This document shows, piece after piece, positions 32,679-44,577 of a stretch of 64,000 bases of DNA. Source of the stretch: Picochlorum sp. SENEW3. Its lineage: Eukaryota. The translations under genes and the position numbers were made by a program. The stretch is taken from positions 930,001 through 994,000 of the forward strand of contig CP120454.1 of assembly GCA_034226945.1 (NCBI GenBank). Direction: 5' to 3'. A model generated the notes under the pieces. That model ran no database searches. It was not told where the DNA came from and worked only from the letters and a program-made list of their open reading frames with translations. Positions within the stretch are counted from its first letter, which is position 1. Every line of letters starts with the position of its first letter.

Positions 32679-33687
32679 ATGAAAGGGTTTCAGATCCAAT
32701 TCAGGTAATGCTATGAACTAGTTGCTTGCTGACCCACAGTCTGTGTTGAAGTCTTTGCGTTTCAAACCAGAAAAATGCCCGTGTTGAACATATTCACCAC
32801 ATCAAAGCAATCAAAAATGCTATGATATTTTTCTCAAGTACTTGTCTCTGTACTCTCGCAGATCAAGAGCTCCAACATTAGGATGTACTTGGGGTCTCTG
32901 TGGCAGGTGTACCTTGCCGGCCATAGTGTCCTTATTGCTCATAGAAATACTTGGAAGATATCACAACTTACTTTCAGAGATTCTTTTTATCATAAAAGTT
33001 TCAGTGTTCTTTGCATGGGCTGTACATTGTTCAATCCATTCGACATCGACACCAGGGAAAGAGTGTATTCCTGACAGCAAGAGCCTCCCTTCTGCTGAAG
33101 AGACAATGGCACTCATAAAATCCCGACGGTCAGTATTTTGCAAAGACATGAATCCTGAAATATCTCTTCCACGAGAATACATTGAAGGCATGCTTCAAGC
33201 AGCAAATTGGGCACCATCTCATGGAAGATCCAATCCATGGCACTTTGTTGTTTTCACAGATGCATCAAAAATACACGAGTTGAAGCAAATTTCCCTTTCT
33301 TGCATACGGTCTACCAAAGGGGATACATATGCATCCAAATATGAGAGTGAATTTGATGAAAACGTCAGATGGATGAGGGCAAAAGCCCTGATTGCTATTG
33401 TCATGAAGCGTTGCTCACCCCAACAAAGAAGAAATCCAGAATGGGAGGAAATCGCGGCTTGTGGCTGCGCTGTCCAGAATATGCACCTATATGCGACAAC
33501 GCTCCCTAATGTTTGCGGATATTGGAGCAGCTGGTACGAGTCTGCCAGGGAGGCTTTACTCATGAAGACATTTCTTGGCATCTCAGAAGACGACAGAATC
33601 CTGGGATTTTTCATCGTGGGGGCATCTACTAGTACGCGGATCAGATACGAAACTGTGCGACCTACAGTCTCATCTGAATGGAGATGA
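32679..33687 (+). CDS. Nitroreductase-family flavoprotein (YdjA-like) with N-terminal TM segments; tentative exons 32679-32704 and 32862-33687
   Basis: IKSRRSV, AANWAPSHGRSNPWHFVVF, EWEEIAACGCAVQNMHL, GYWSS, LGFFIVG. The start exon is inferred from a phase-compatible GT-AG intron 32705-32861 and is uncertain. Confidence 0.8.
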
Positions 33688-34924
33688 GCGGCCCTTATCC
33701 GATATCGGAAGCAATATCATATGGTAATGCAGCCGCGAGCTTTCAATTAAAGCCCTCACCATATTCTTGACTTTTTGTCCATACACGACTTGATTGATCC
33801 TGGAACAGGTACAGTTACTCCCCATCTCCGGTAGGGAAGAGCAGCAATGCTTCCAGCATATTTCCAATATATCCCCTCTTTTTTTCCATGATTTTTATTT
33901 GAAAAGAGCCTGATTTGTTCTTCCCCGAGTGCCTGCATCACGCCCACGTGGTTAAACCTTCTCGAGCTCTCCAAAGAGACTCCTCTCCACGATGTGACAT
34001 TCCATCCATATTTGAAGCCCTTTTGATTGAAATCCCGAGAATAATATTGTATACCTTTGAATATGCAAAAATGATCGACGAGTATGTTTCATGAACATCA
34101 TTGATCAGCCTTTTAATGCCCATACAGTCGGATATGATTGGTCCTAGATCATGGGCACGCCTGCTACCGGTAGCAGGTACTGGTACCAGTCTTCACCGAG
34201 ACTCGTGCAATCGCGCACACGACATCTACGCTCGCAGGTTTCGATACTCGCGCTTGATTCGACTCCAAATACATGCCGGATCATATGTGTTTGATCCTGC
34301 AAAGACGATCGTATTCAACATTGTCATGCTGTGAGTTTTGTATTGCCTCATGTGGTCTGTCGTCTCAGGACTCATCTGTTCTATCTCTATAGATAAACAC
34401 GGCGTAGCCATTCCCAATACAGTCGTTTTCAAAGTCATTCTATTCTACGACGTGAAGATCTTGACTGCCATACTCTTCATGATGAAGAGCTCTTGGGCCT
34501 TGCAAGACTATTGTCTTCAGCCTACGTAGGCACTCAGTATACTGATCAGTATATTTGGTGCGCCTGGTGTGAGGAGTAGCCCATGATTGGCTGTGTGAGA
34601 AGAGATTTCCCAAAATAAAAAAGAAGGAATACCTTGACGCATGCATCACATGCACCTCCATAATTCATAAATTAAAATTATTTAGTGTATTCTATAGATA
34701 GATTGCCGCCAATGGTTGTGCAAACTCGGCATCAGCGTTCGTTGGGAGAGAATCATGCAACGACGACAGAGGAGCATCGACCTAGCACTGGTGCTGTGCG
34801 TCTATGAATTATGTTTTAAAATATTGTTTAGAACGTGGCGATGGGGTGTTATTTTTGCCATGGTTGAGGAAGAGGGCAGCAGAGGGAGTCTTGCTGAACT
34901 GAATACATAATAATACTGATATGG

Positions 34925-35306
34925 ATGCAGGTGACGTTGGAAGAGGATCTGAGTAAGATGAGAGAGTATAGGGATAGGTATTTGAACAGGGGGAAGGGGG
35001 GTCATAGTGTGTTTGGGAGGCTGTCAAGGTGTGTGATTTCTTTCGAGGTGCTGCCTGTTTTTGTGTATAGTTTGTGTGATACTGCTGCAACGGATATTAC
35101 GACGGGTGTGTACCATGTGCAGTTGGATACATAAGACAGTGTTTCAGTTAGAGGTGCATGCGGGGCCGTATATGTTTGATGTGAGGGAGCATGTTGGGTT
35201 TTATCTTATTGGAGCAGTGTTGCTGTACTTGTTAGGGTCATCATTGTTGCATGTGTCCATGGCCCTGTACGGGCGCATGTTTTCTACATTACAATATATG
35301 AGTTGA
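34925..35306 (+). CDS. Small subunit of serine palmitoyltransferase (ssSPT/DUF3317-like); exons 34925-35028 and 35123-35306
   Basis: Spliced product contains SWIHKTVFQLEVHAGPYMFDVREHVGFYLIGAVLLYLLG, resembling the ssSPT W..(YEV)..YM.D..E...F plus TM pattern; start codon uncertain. Confidence 0.65.
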
Positions 35307-35308
35307 TA

Positions 35309-37943
35309 TTATATAGTAATTATTATTTCCCGGGTATATTCTGGTGGCGTGTTTCTGGCCTTTCTCATGGCAAGGCATGCTTTGGCGCATGCATCTCGTT
35401 GTACAGTGTTGTTCATCTTGTCATGGATGATGCTTGCTATGTGGACGACGTGTGCTCGATTCTTCCAATCTCTGATCTTTTTGAATAGTATCTCGGCGTC
35501 TCGGAGGAGAAGAAGGATGTCCGTTGCACTTTCTCCTGCCTGTATGTATGTCTCTGCTAGTATGGTTCTGGCAATACCTCGTACCTCAAGGCTTCCGTGG
35601 GCGTCAAGTATGAGTACAGAGGCATGTAGTTCGCGTAATGCTTTTGTCATGTACTCTCCAGAGCCCATACGCGTCCATATTTTCGCCATGTACATGGCTG
35701 CCTCTGCTCCAATGAGGTCGGCCTGCATCTCTCTATACTGCTCCAAAACGCTGCAGATGAGAGGAACAGCGGTCTGCCATGATCCCGATTCGATATGAAT
35801 TCTTCCTCTCAAGAGTAAAAGTCGCAATGCATACTGTGACATGCATGCGTTTCGCGCAAGCGTGTATGCACGGATGGCATGGTTGTCTGCATCATTATGG
35901 TATCCTCCTGCCAAGTATGCTAACGAGGTGAGCTCTTGTACTTCTACCTTGTTCTCAATATGTTCCACCATGGTCTCTTTTGGACATATACTTATACGAG
36001 ATGCAACGTGCAGTGCTACTCGGCACTGGCGCGTATGGATGGCTCGTTTCAGTTGAATAATGTCCCAGACACGTGTCAACGTGTCATGCTGCTGTATCAA
36101 TGCCATGAATTTCGCATTCGATCCAAGCCGATCGATGGCGTCGAATCCATATTGTTCGTATATTGTATAGATAATAAGTCCCATGGATGATAGTTCGGCG
36201 TCGTTCGTTTTATCAGTGCTCTGCAAGATGCTCAGAGCGCCTGCCAATGATAGTCTCGTGCCTCCCCAAACAAGCCATCCAGCATTGCGCACTTGCGCAA
36301 CAGTCTGGCATGATTGCCTTAGGTATTTGCATTTGCTTTGGATCGATGGCTTTAATCTCTCAGTTCCAGCAACTTTTGGAATTGTGAACATGGATAAGGC
36401 TTGGTCTGTTTCACAGGATACAAGAGACACTTCACAGGCTACTTCCTTTGCATAGATGGATGCGTCCAACGAGCACGTCGCTGCTTGACACGGACTCTTA
36501 TATCTTCTAAAGTCTATACTAGACTTGCCGATGGATTCGATGCCCGAGCCTTTGTTCGTGACATCAATGTCAACAGAATCTCTTGTGCGTTTTGGATGGA
36601 CCAGGGCACCTTCAGCAAGCATCAACCTCGAGAAGATACAGAGTTCCGGTGCGTTTTCCTCCTGACCTTGATCAAACAATCTATACATCAATGCTTCAAG
36701 TTCTAAATAGTGCCTCTGTGCCCTTGTTGTACCAGGGATCACGGGACCATGTAAATCTAACGAGCCTGGTATTGCCATGGCCATAATTTGACATAACGCA
36801 GACAATGAATACAGCAGCTGAAGACTATCGTGCGACTGCTGGGATACTCTCATGTGCTCATTCACAAATCGAATGGCATCATTCAGCTTTCCCAAGCGGG
36901 CATGCGCCATTGCCATGTTTAATGCTGCTGATGGAATTGTTTGAGCAGGCCCAACAAGGTCCTGTTCTTCATCCTCCCGGACCGGTTCTCTTTTCGTCAG
37001 GAACGATTCTGGAACATCTGAAAATCCATACGTTGAATCTATAACTTTTGAATCCTCGTGGGTGCATGCAGCAACAACAGATTCAGCCTGCAGGAGTGAC
37101 TTGCTGTTTGCTGTCATTGAGCTCTTGCGGAGATCCTCGCAGTGTTGAGCAAGTCTAGCCGTCACTACTGGTTTCTCTCTAATCCCTGAATGCATTCGAG
37201 ACATTTCATATTCTAAGGTTTGGTCAATATACAGTGCATTCTTGTATATAGAAGTGTTCCCATTGCGCTTGGTTCCTTCCTCTGACACATAGATGAGGAA
37301 CTCTGTTGCAAGATCATTCATCTGCTCAAACGACAGTCCTCGAAACGCCACATCTAGATGCCTCACGTATGAAAATATGAGAGACTGCGATTCCGTGTTG
37401 AAATGCCTATCAAGCGAGTGTATTGTATCTGACTGGCGAACAAGATCTCCCATCTCGTCAAACTCATTGACAATCAGATCCAACACATGATCCGTTTCTC
37501 CGCTCAGCCAATCCTTGAAGTCATCCCAAAGCGAATGTTCCTGATCAATGTCCCTGAAATAGTCGTCCAGACGCCCCTACAGTGCACATAGATGAACAAT
37601 CTTAGTCTTGGCACAGATGAGCAGCAGTACCTTGTTGTGATAAAAACATCAGCCAGCAGCTTGGGTGAAATGCAGGCATAGACCGTCAACGAATTCATCA
37701 ACCAACCTGAAATAGACTACTGAACTCTTGGAAACTAAGGCAATATATAGACTGATAATCATTCAACAGAGCTGTTAAAGCAAAACTTATTGCCTCAACT
37801 CCCTCTAGCTCGTCTTCTACATCCTCAACCTCCCCCAAGCAGAATATGGCCCAATGACCCAGACATATATCCAAAGGAGATACTGAAAGCGTGAATTTAT
37901 CCTCGATTCGAGGGTTAAGGCGCAAAGGAATCTTTCCATCCAT
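35309..37943 (-). CDS. APC5: Anaphase-promoting complex subunit 5 (TPR-like); exons 37943-37707 and 37576-35309
   Basis: AALNMAMAHARLGKLNDAIRFVNEHMRVSQQSHDSLQL resembles the ANAPC5 domain; LSFEQ motif; C-terminal RDACAK; in-frame intron 37577-37706. Confidence 0.75.
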
Positions 37944-38285
37944 GGTTATTGCGAATAAAAAATAGCAAATTTGCAGTATCTATGCCAAAATTATCCTGCA
38001 ATATAGCATCATATTTATGTATTTTATATTTTGAATGAATAAATCAATGCTTCGGGGACTCGGGTTGAAAGGATTCCGGATTTGCATTCTTCATGGCAAC
38101 TTGCTCCTAAAAAGCAAAGGTGATGAAAACAGTGTTGATTTCAAATTCCTCACGTTACAGAAGATACACATGATGTCTATCAGTATGAGGGCCATGTGTT
38201 ATTCATGAGTTGATATGGGTTCTAGTTACAGTCAAATAAAGATAAGATAATTCTTCGAGTACAGACATTTGATAGTAGGTATGTG

Positions 38286-41200
38286 TCAGGTTTGTCCTGA
38301 GAAGTCACTTTTGCTACCACTGCTCGTGCATGATCGTGCCACGCTCTCAAATAGCCTTTCAATCTCTGGCGCCACCTTTGTGAATGAATGGTTCAACAAA
38401 TCATACTCTGGATTCTTGATCAGCTCGATGAATGTGATGAGGAGTCCCCATGGATGAGGACGATTTGCAATCAATCGCTCAAGCAGCACCCTAGTGATGT
38501 GCTCCTGAATCTTCTCATCATTTGCAGATTCAAAGAGATGAAGCACGGCAAAGTAAAAGTACTGAGTATGTGCATTTGGGTATCGGAGCTGATTTGCCAT
38601 TGCATTGACAAGCAGACAACGACCTTCAGGATCCAAGTCTTTGAGAAGGGCTGCATACAGTTGAATTGCAGGTGTGTTGAACCCTGCAACATGGGCTGGC
38701 TTTTGCGGTCCATCTCGCTGGCTTTGAAGCCCTTTCAATCCGATATATAACACGATCGCATTTACTGAAGGGGTGTGATACGCTCCAGGGGAGTCTCCCT
38801 TCCCTGCCATCCTCTGCTTGAGTAATTCTTTGACAGTCGCGATGGGCTTTGTTCCAGCAATGAACATGTCAATCTCGTTTGCAACATCCTCAGGCAGTAA
38901 TTTTTCCATTGGAGGAGACGTCCTTGGATGATACTGCACTTCTGGAAGGGTGTTAAGCTTCAAATCTGTTGTGAATGGGTCTGGGAGCCTCATTTTCCTT
39001 GGGAATGCTGACAAGATGAGATTTCTCATCTGCACGCAAGAGACTGGTATGGCATCACAGAGGCGGAAGTGATACTGACCTAAGAACTCTGGAAAGTCGT
39101 GCAAAAGGACCAAGAGCAGACGGAGGGTTCCTTTGTACAGAAGCCTGATGACGTCAGTAAGCTCTGCATGCTTCAAAAATGGCTCCAAAAACTGCATCTG
39201 CGACAACAGCAGCTGGATGTAGCTGGGCCAGCCACTCTGATCTGGTATCATGAGCAATGGAGGCATAAACCTCCTGTCTGACATGAGCTGCAGCCATGGG
39301 AAGGCAAAAGAAGGAACTCGCTGAGGCCTCGTTGCATAGAGGAAACCAGCGATAACTTGAAGGTATTCACAGCCAGTCTCGTCAACTGATTCCAATGGAC
39401 TCAACTCTGCGAGAAGGCCGACAATAATCCTGAAAAATGGCCTTCCAGACAATCCAGACGATCGATCTTCTGCCATTTGGAACAAACACGTTGCTACTGC
39501 TCCAAGGATTTTGGAGAGCATATCCTTCCCTCCTCCATGATGAACAACCAAAGTTACCATGAGCCTCACGTGGGCATCAATGGCGACAAAATTGAAGTTT
39601 CCTGGCCTTCCCTGAGCAATTTGGGTTTCTGAGCGTAAGCAGTGAGTAACAGCAAGTTGCGTCATTATTCTGAAGAATTTGTCATTTGTGTCATCATCTC
39701 CTAAAAGACCAGAGTCTCTCAAACTCTTAATGAAAGCATTTTGCTTCTTATCTGCCGGATTTTCCTCAAGCAACCTTGCCCACTGGTCAAATGCTTTCAT
39801 GACAGATGGAACGAGGTGTGGCGCATCCTGAGGTCTGGCGATTGCTGGAATTTGTGCCGACGGTGGCTGTGCTGCTCCACGGGCAGACGATACCTGTCTG
39901 GCCTGGTTGATTAGTGCAAGAACTCCCTGACCTCCATTCACTCGAGCAGCCAACTTTGCTAGGATATCCAAGGATGCAGGAATATCTGCTGTGGAAAAGC
40001 ATGGATCAGATCCAAGAACACATGTTTGCAGCAGCCCCAAAAGCAATTCTGCTGCTGGCTGATACCTTGGGGCATTCAGAGACTTGGCGATGACTGTATC
40101 GATATCGCGCATAGGGATTAATCCCGTGCGAATCAATGCCTCACCCGAGTCTTTGAGACCTCTTACATCATCTGGCAACTGAGCAAACCACAGAGCTGCC
40201 TCGGATGGAAGAGTTCGGGCAACCTTATCTCTCAATGCAACCAAAGAACCAGCATAGGCACAGCAAGACAGTTTTCCTCCTGACGGCGACTGATAAAGCT
40301 TCGAGAAGAATATATTCTTGGCAACTTCTATTGCTTGGATTTCACTCGCAGGCACAGAAGCAACATCTGATACAACAAGTTTCAGGTCAGCAGCTGATGG
40401 GTCATTCAGTGTTTTAGCACCGAGGCTATTGGCCCTAGCAAGGGTACCTTCCATCCTTTGAATCCATGCTATGAATCTAGAGCGGACCTGTGCTTGTTGT
40501 GCATCATCCATACCGCCTGTCTCGGAAGTGATTGGGCGTCCAGAAGCAGCCTGCTGCTGGGCAGATGCTGCAGTTCTTGGTATCGCAGCAAAATCTTGGT
40601 ACACCTTTTGTTGCTGTGGTGTCAAAGCCCCTGGCTTGGCTTTCAAAACTTCTGGGAGGGCATCAATAAATCTGTTATCAGCAAATGCCTTGTCTCTGAA
40701 TATCTGGCCTGAGGCTCTGGCTTTTGTTCGAGCAGCATAGTTCTGTGCCATGCGTTCATCCAGCTCTTGTTGGGACCTCTTGCCAGCAGCTTTCTCGATG
40801 ATTTGGCAGCAAATATCCAGGTTATCAGATACAAGAAGGGTAACCACTTGCTCGAGAGCAGATGGCTCAAGCCTTTGTGCCAATAAGGAGCGCAAATTAT
40901 TAGTGACTGCAATCCTCAGGGGCTCTCTTGCTGTCACCAAAGCCAATGACTGCGCAAGACCAGTCACAGAGGTGTTGGCAGCTTTTCTGACAATATCTGC
41001 ATCATTTTCGAATGCAAAGTCCTTTGATACCAGCTGTTGGCAGGTCATGCAAGCAATCGTCACACTCCTCTCAACAACTGGGGCAATGATCTCTACCAGG
41101 GCCCTCTCAAGAGACATCACGAGCAAACTCTTGAGTTCCAATCTCTCACCAACCATGCTTAGTTGAGGATTGATGACTGCCATATTTGGCAATGACGCGA

Positions 41201-43883
41201 TGACACTTGGATCCAAAGCTGGGGCAGCTTGCGTCTGCTCTGAACCATCACCAGTCCGTGACGCTGGCTGTGGACTTGCACTCACCTTTGCAGCTGCGAA
41301 ATCCATATTATTATCCGTATCTCGAGGCAGACCTTGTATCAAGGTACTAGGCTCAACATCTGAAACCAGTAAATCCATTTGCTTAAAGAGCAACTCCACT
41401 TCGAACTTGATGGATGTTCTAATTCCATCAAGATTGTAAATCTCAACCAGGAGTGCCAGAATAGCCATAGTCCATGGATTCGGTGGCTTGAACGCTACCG
41501 AAGTCGCACAAGGTTCCATTAGATTCCTCACAAACGACAAGATAGGAAGCATCATTCCCTGTGAATAGGCAGAGAGTATTGTTTGCTTGATGTCCAAATG
41601 TTTTTGCAAAACTGGCTTATTGCATCCAAGTGTAAGTTTCCCCAGCCAAGCACCGAGATTCTTCAGTAGTGTTCTCTCACTACTGTTACTTTTGAGGAGC
41701 TTGCTGTGAAGCATAACTTTGCAATAATGCACAGTGATAGACACAAGAATCTGCCGCAGTACTTTGTCACCCCATTTATCAACAAGCAGAACATATACTG
41801 GATGAAAGTTTGGCTCTTGAGCAGCTCGCTTCACAACCAAGTAGTTCGCAAACCATGGATAATATTCTGACGTGACAACACCGGCAAGTTCTTTTGCTTT
41901 CACGTCAACATTGGTGCTGGTAAGATTATTGACATAAAAATGCACCTTATCGACAGTTTTAGCCTCAGGGGCAGGACATTCATTGGCTTGAGCCGCCTGT
42001 TCAAGAGTCTCTGCATTAATTGTCGAAAAAAGCAAGTTTGGGGTTGCTGGAGCATTCGGCATTGCAGTCTGGAAAGCAGCCCCATTCATAGCTGCATCTT
42101 CAGGACGTGCAACTGGTTCCGCCTGTGCAGCAGTTTGAGGAGCTGACACGGCTGTAGCATGTTGTTCTTTTGATAATTTTGCAACCGCCAATGTTGCCGC
42201 CTTGAACAGTTCTGGACTCGCTTCTTTGAGAACTGGGTGATTTGCCAATTGTTGTGCAAACGTCGGGAACTGATCCAGGCTATCTTTGAACTGCACTGAT
42301 GCCGTTATGCCAAACATGAAAAGCTTGTGAGACACATCATTCTTTAAAGAATCATGTATGTATCGCATCGCAATACCCAAACTAACACTGGAGACAAGTT
42401 TGTGTGATATCAGTTTGCCAAATAATAATGCTGTTGTTTTCAATTCCTGCTCTGGATATTTGTAGAAAAATCTGAATTCATCGAAAAGGTTGTGCACCAT
42501 ACATGCATACACATCCTGCTCACGAGCCTCCATTCCAGACTTGTACCTCAACAGCAGAGAGATGACATCATCCACAGTAAGTTCCCCTTGATACATTTTC
42601 TGAAACGCAGCATTGGCCTCTTCTTCGACATCTTGAGGAAACGCTTCCATAACGCCTGCCTCTGCAATCACAGTAGCAAGTTCTGGATGCGCTTGCACAG
42701 CAACAGCCTGCACAAGCTTGAGTTGCTGCAACGTATCCGTGGGCACTTCCCCTGCATTGGCAGCCAGCACTCTTAAAAAGACTGCCAACGTTTCCACAGA
42801 GATACCCAATCTGGCTGGGCTACCATGCGTTGACGGCGGCACATCCTCTCTCAATTTAGCATCCAAGAATGAAACAGATGATTGCATAAAAGAGACACCT
42901 CTCGTGGTGAATTGGTCACACAACCACTTCTCCAAATTTAAATATTCCCGTCTTGCGGCAAGTGCTGCTAATTCAAGGCAGAAAGGAGCAGCTGTCGCCT
43001 CCAACACTTCACTCAACGCCCTCAACTCTTGACAAACATCAAGTAACCTTGCAACCGACGTTGGTTCTTTGCTCTGCATGTTGACCATGCATTTGAGCAC
43101 TAAATCTCTATTCTGAGGCCACAGGCGTTTCAGCACAACACCAGAGTTTGAATTTGTCTGCAAATACGAAGAGCATAGCGCATCCACATCAGATTGAAGA
43201 GGCCCCCAATCTCCTTCTACTGTTGCAGCCCCCAGCAAGAACACTTCTGGACAAACTTTCAATGGATGCTCCAAAATACCCCGCACGTCCTCTTCATACC
43301 CACTTGCAGCCAGCGCGGCCAATGTAGAATACAAATCCAAACAGAGCCAGCATGAATTCGAGGTCCCAATCGACGATTTATCATTGGTGAGACCATCAAT
43401 AGCTTCCTGCCGCCTCTCAGCATGTGCCCACGAAAACACTTCAGGTTCAGCCCTAGTCGCCTGCCTCAAGAATGACAATTGCCCTTCTGCATTCTTCCAG
43501 AGCCCACCAACCAACGACGACAAAGGAAACGTATCCGAAACAGCTTGCCGCCAAGTCCTCATCAGCATCTCCAGAGCAGCAGCATCAGGGACATGAAACC
43601 CAGGCACATCCAGCTGCCCAGCCACATGATGCCAATCCAAAGCAGGGTTGGCCACCACAAGACCATCCACCAACACTGTCACATTCCACCCCGGCTTTCC
43701 CTTCTCAGAATTGGATGTTATCATTGCAATCACCTCCGCCACAGTATGCTCCGTCGGCGCAGAAACCGTCTTCAAAAACTCTTGAAATGACGTCTCATCT
43801 TGAGTGCACGATGGCCCAAGCTTCTCCATGGCGCTCGCCATGGATGACTCGTGCCCGGCGGCACTCTCTTCTTGCTCACCCAT
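38286..43883 (-). CDS. NOT1: CCR4-NOT complex scaffold subunit NOT1
   Basis: LAALAARREYLNLEKWL, CMVHNLFDEFRFF, KRAAQEPNFH, LLKNLGAWLG, VVERSVTIA, LLVLLHDFPEFL, NQLRYPNAHT, RPHPWGLLITF. Confidence 0.97.
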   Translation of the reverse strand: MGEQEESAAGHESSMASAMEKLGPSCTQDETSFQEFLKTVSAPTEHTVAEVIAMITSNSEKGKPGWNVTVLVDGLVVANPALDWHHVAGQLDVPGFHVPDAAALEMLMRTWRQAVSDTFPLSSLVGGLWKNAEGQLSFLRQATRAEPEVFSWAHAERRQEAIDGLTNDKSSIGTSNSCWLCLDLYSTLAALAASGYEEDVRGILEHPLKVCPEVFLLGAATVEGDWGPLQSDVDALCSSYLQTNSNSGVVLKRLWPQNRDLVLKCMVNMQSKEPTSVARLLDVCQELRALSEVLEATAAPFCLELAALAARREYLNLEKWLCDQFTTRGVSFMQSSVSFLDAKLREDVPPSTHGSPARLGISVETLAVFLRVLAANAGEVPTDTLQQLKLVQAVAVQAHPELATVIAEAGVMEAFPQDVEEEANAAFQKMYQGELTVDDVISLLLRYKSGMEAREQDVYACMVHNLFDEFRFFYKYPEQELKTTALLFGKLISHKLVSSVSLGIAMRYIHDSLKNDVSHKLFMFGITASVQFKDSLDQFPTFAQQLANHPVLKEASPELFKAATLAVAKLSKEQHATAVSAPQTAAQAEPVARPEDAAMNGAAFQTAMPNAPATPNLLFSTINAETLEQAAQANECPAPEAKTVDKVHFYVNNLTSTNVDVKAKELAGVVTSEYYPWFANYLVVKRAAQEPNFHPVYVLLVDKWGDKVLRQILVSITVHYCKVMLHSKLLKSNSSERTLLKNLGAWLGKLTLGCNKPVLQKHLDIKQTILSAYSQGMMLPILSFVRNLMEPCATSVAFKPPNPWTMAILALLVEIYNLDGIRTSIKFEVELLFKQMDLLVSDVEPSTLIQGLPRDTDNNMDFAAAKVSASPQPASRTGDGSEQTQAAPALDPSVIASLPNMAVINPQLSMVGERLELKSLLVMSLERALVEIIAPVVERSVTIACMTCQQLVSKDFAFENDADIVRKAANTSVTGLAQSLALVTAREPLRIAVTNNLRSLLAQRLEPSALEQVVTLLVSDNLDICCQIIEKAAGKRSQQELDERMAQNYAARTKARASGQIFRDKAFADNRFIDALPEVLKAKPGALTPQQQKVYQDFAAIPRTAASAQQQAASGRPITSETGGMDDAQQAQVRSRFIAWIQRMEGTLARANSLGAKTLNDPSAADLKLVVSDVASVPASEIQAIEVAKNIFFSKLYQSPSGGKLSCCAYAGSLVALRDKVARTLPSEAALWFAQLPDDVRGLKDSGEALIRTGLIPMRDIDTVIAKSLNAPRYQPAAELLLGLLQTCVLGSDPCFSTADIPASLDILAKLAARVNGGQGVLALINQARQVSSARGAAQPPSAQIPAIARPQDAPHLVPSVMKAFDQWARLLEENPADKKQNAFIKSLRDSGLLGDDDTNDKFFRIMTQLAVTHCLRSETQIAQGRPGNFNFVAIDAHVRLMVTLVVHHGGGKDMLSKILGAVATCLFQMAEDRSSGLSGRPFFRIIVGLLAELSPLESVDETGCEYLQVIAGFLYATRPQRVPSFAFPWLQLMSDRRFMPPLLMIPDQSGWPSYIQLLLSQMQFLEPFLKHAELTDVIRLLYKGTLRLLLVLLHDFPEFLGQYHFRLCDAIPVSCVQMRNLILSAFPRKMRLPDPFTTDLKLNTLPEVQYHPRTSPPMEKLLPEDVANEIDMFIAGTKPIATVKELLKQRMAGKGDSPGAYHTPSVNAIVLYIGLKGLQSQRDGPQKPAHVAGFNTPAIQLYAALLKDLDPEGRCLLVNAMANQLRYPNAHTQYFYFAVLHLFESANDEKIQEHITRVLLERLIANRPHPWGLLITFIELIKNPEYDLLNHSFTKVAPEIERLFESVARSCTSSGSKSDFSGQT

Positions 43884-44577
43884 CTTTCTACCTCTATCTA
43901 TGATTCTATGCTAGGTATTTCTTGAGTAAAAACCATGCGCCCAGCACAAATCTGCACACAAGGAGTGAACAAACCCACCGTCAGTCAAGCACGCACGCTC
44001 ATCCATGCCACAGCGCAACATCTTCATCCAGAAATATGTAGAGACACCCCATTCACGTGCTAACCACCCACACGCAGGGCGGCAGTTCCCTGTCCCAAAT
44101 CACCCACTCGAGAGGACGCTCGAGGTGGCTGACGCCCTCACCTTCACCCTCCCATGCCCTCATTACAACCAAAAATACTTTATAATTCAAAATAGACGCA
44201 CTAATACGTCGCTATTCGTGATTCCTCACCAGAAGCAGCAACAATACATTCATCAGATAGTGCTCCGTGAAAACCTTGGAACAACTCTTCTTTCCAACAA
44301 GTCGTATCGTATGTATAGTTACGTAACTCTCTTTTCAAGTATGAGATTGGTACGAGTGTATCATCAGGGTAATGGGATTTCATGCGCAACATGGATCTTT
44401 TTTGTTTTGTGTCCTATTTAGGAAACTCAAATCTTCCCTAAAAGGAACATTATAGTTCCGCTTCGTCTGCATGCACAATCGTACAAGGCAACGCCAAGCA
44501 TTCTCAGCGTGGCTGTATATTTCATCAATAATACCTGATTGGATAATCTGAGGTGATTATTTGGACATAGAAGCAGA

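Noticed and set aside
32679..33687. Calling the nitroreductase BluB
   Set aside because: Its motifs fit YdjA-like enzymes better; BluB-specific signatures were not recognised.
44005..44421. 138-aa ORF between NOT1 and Ran
   Set aside because: No recognisable domain; it lies in the divergent promoter/5' UTR region.
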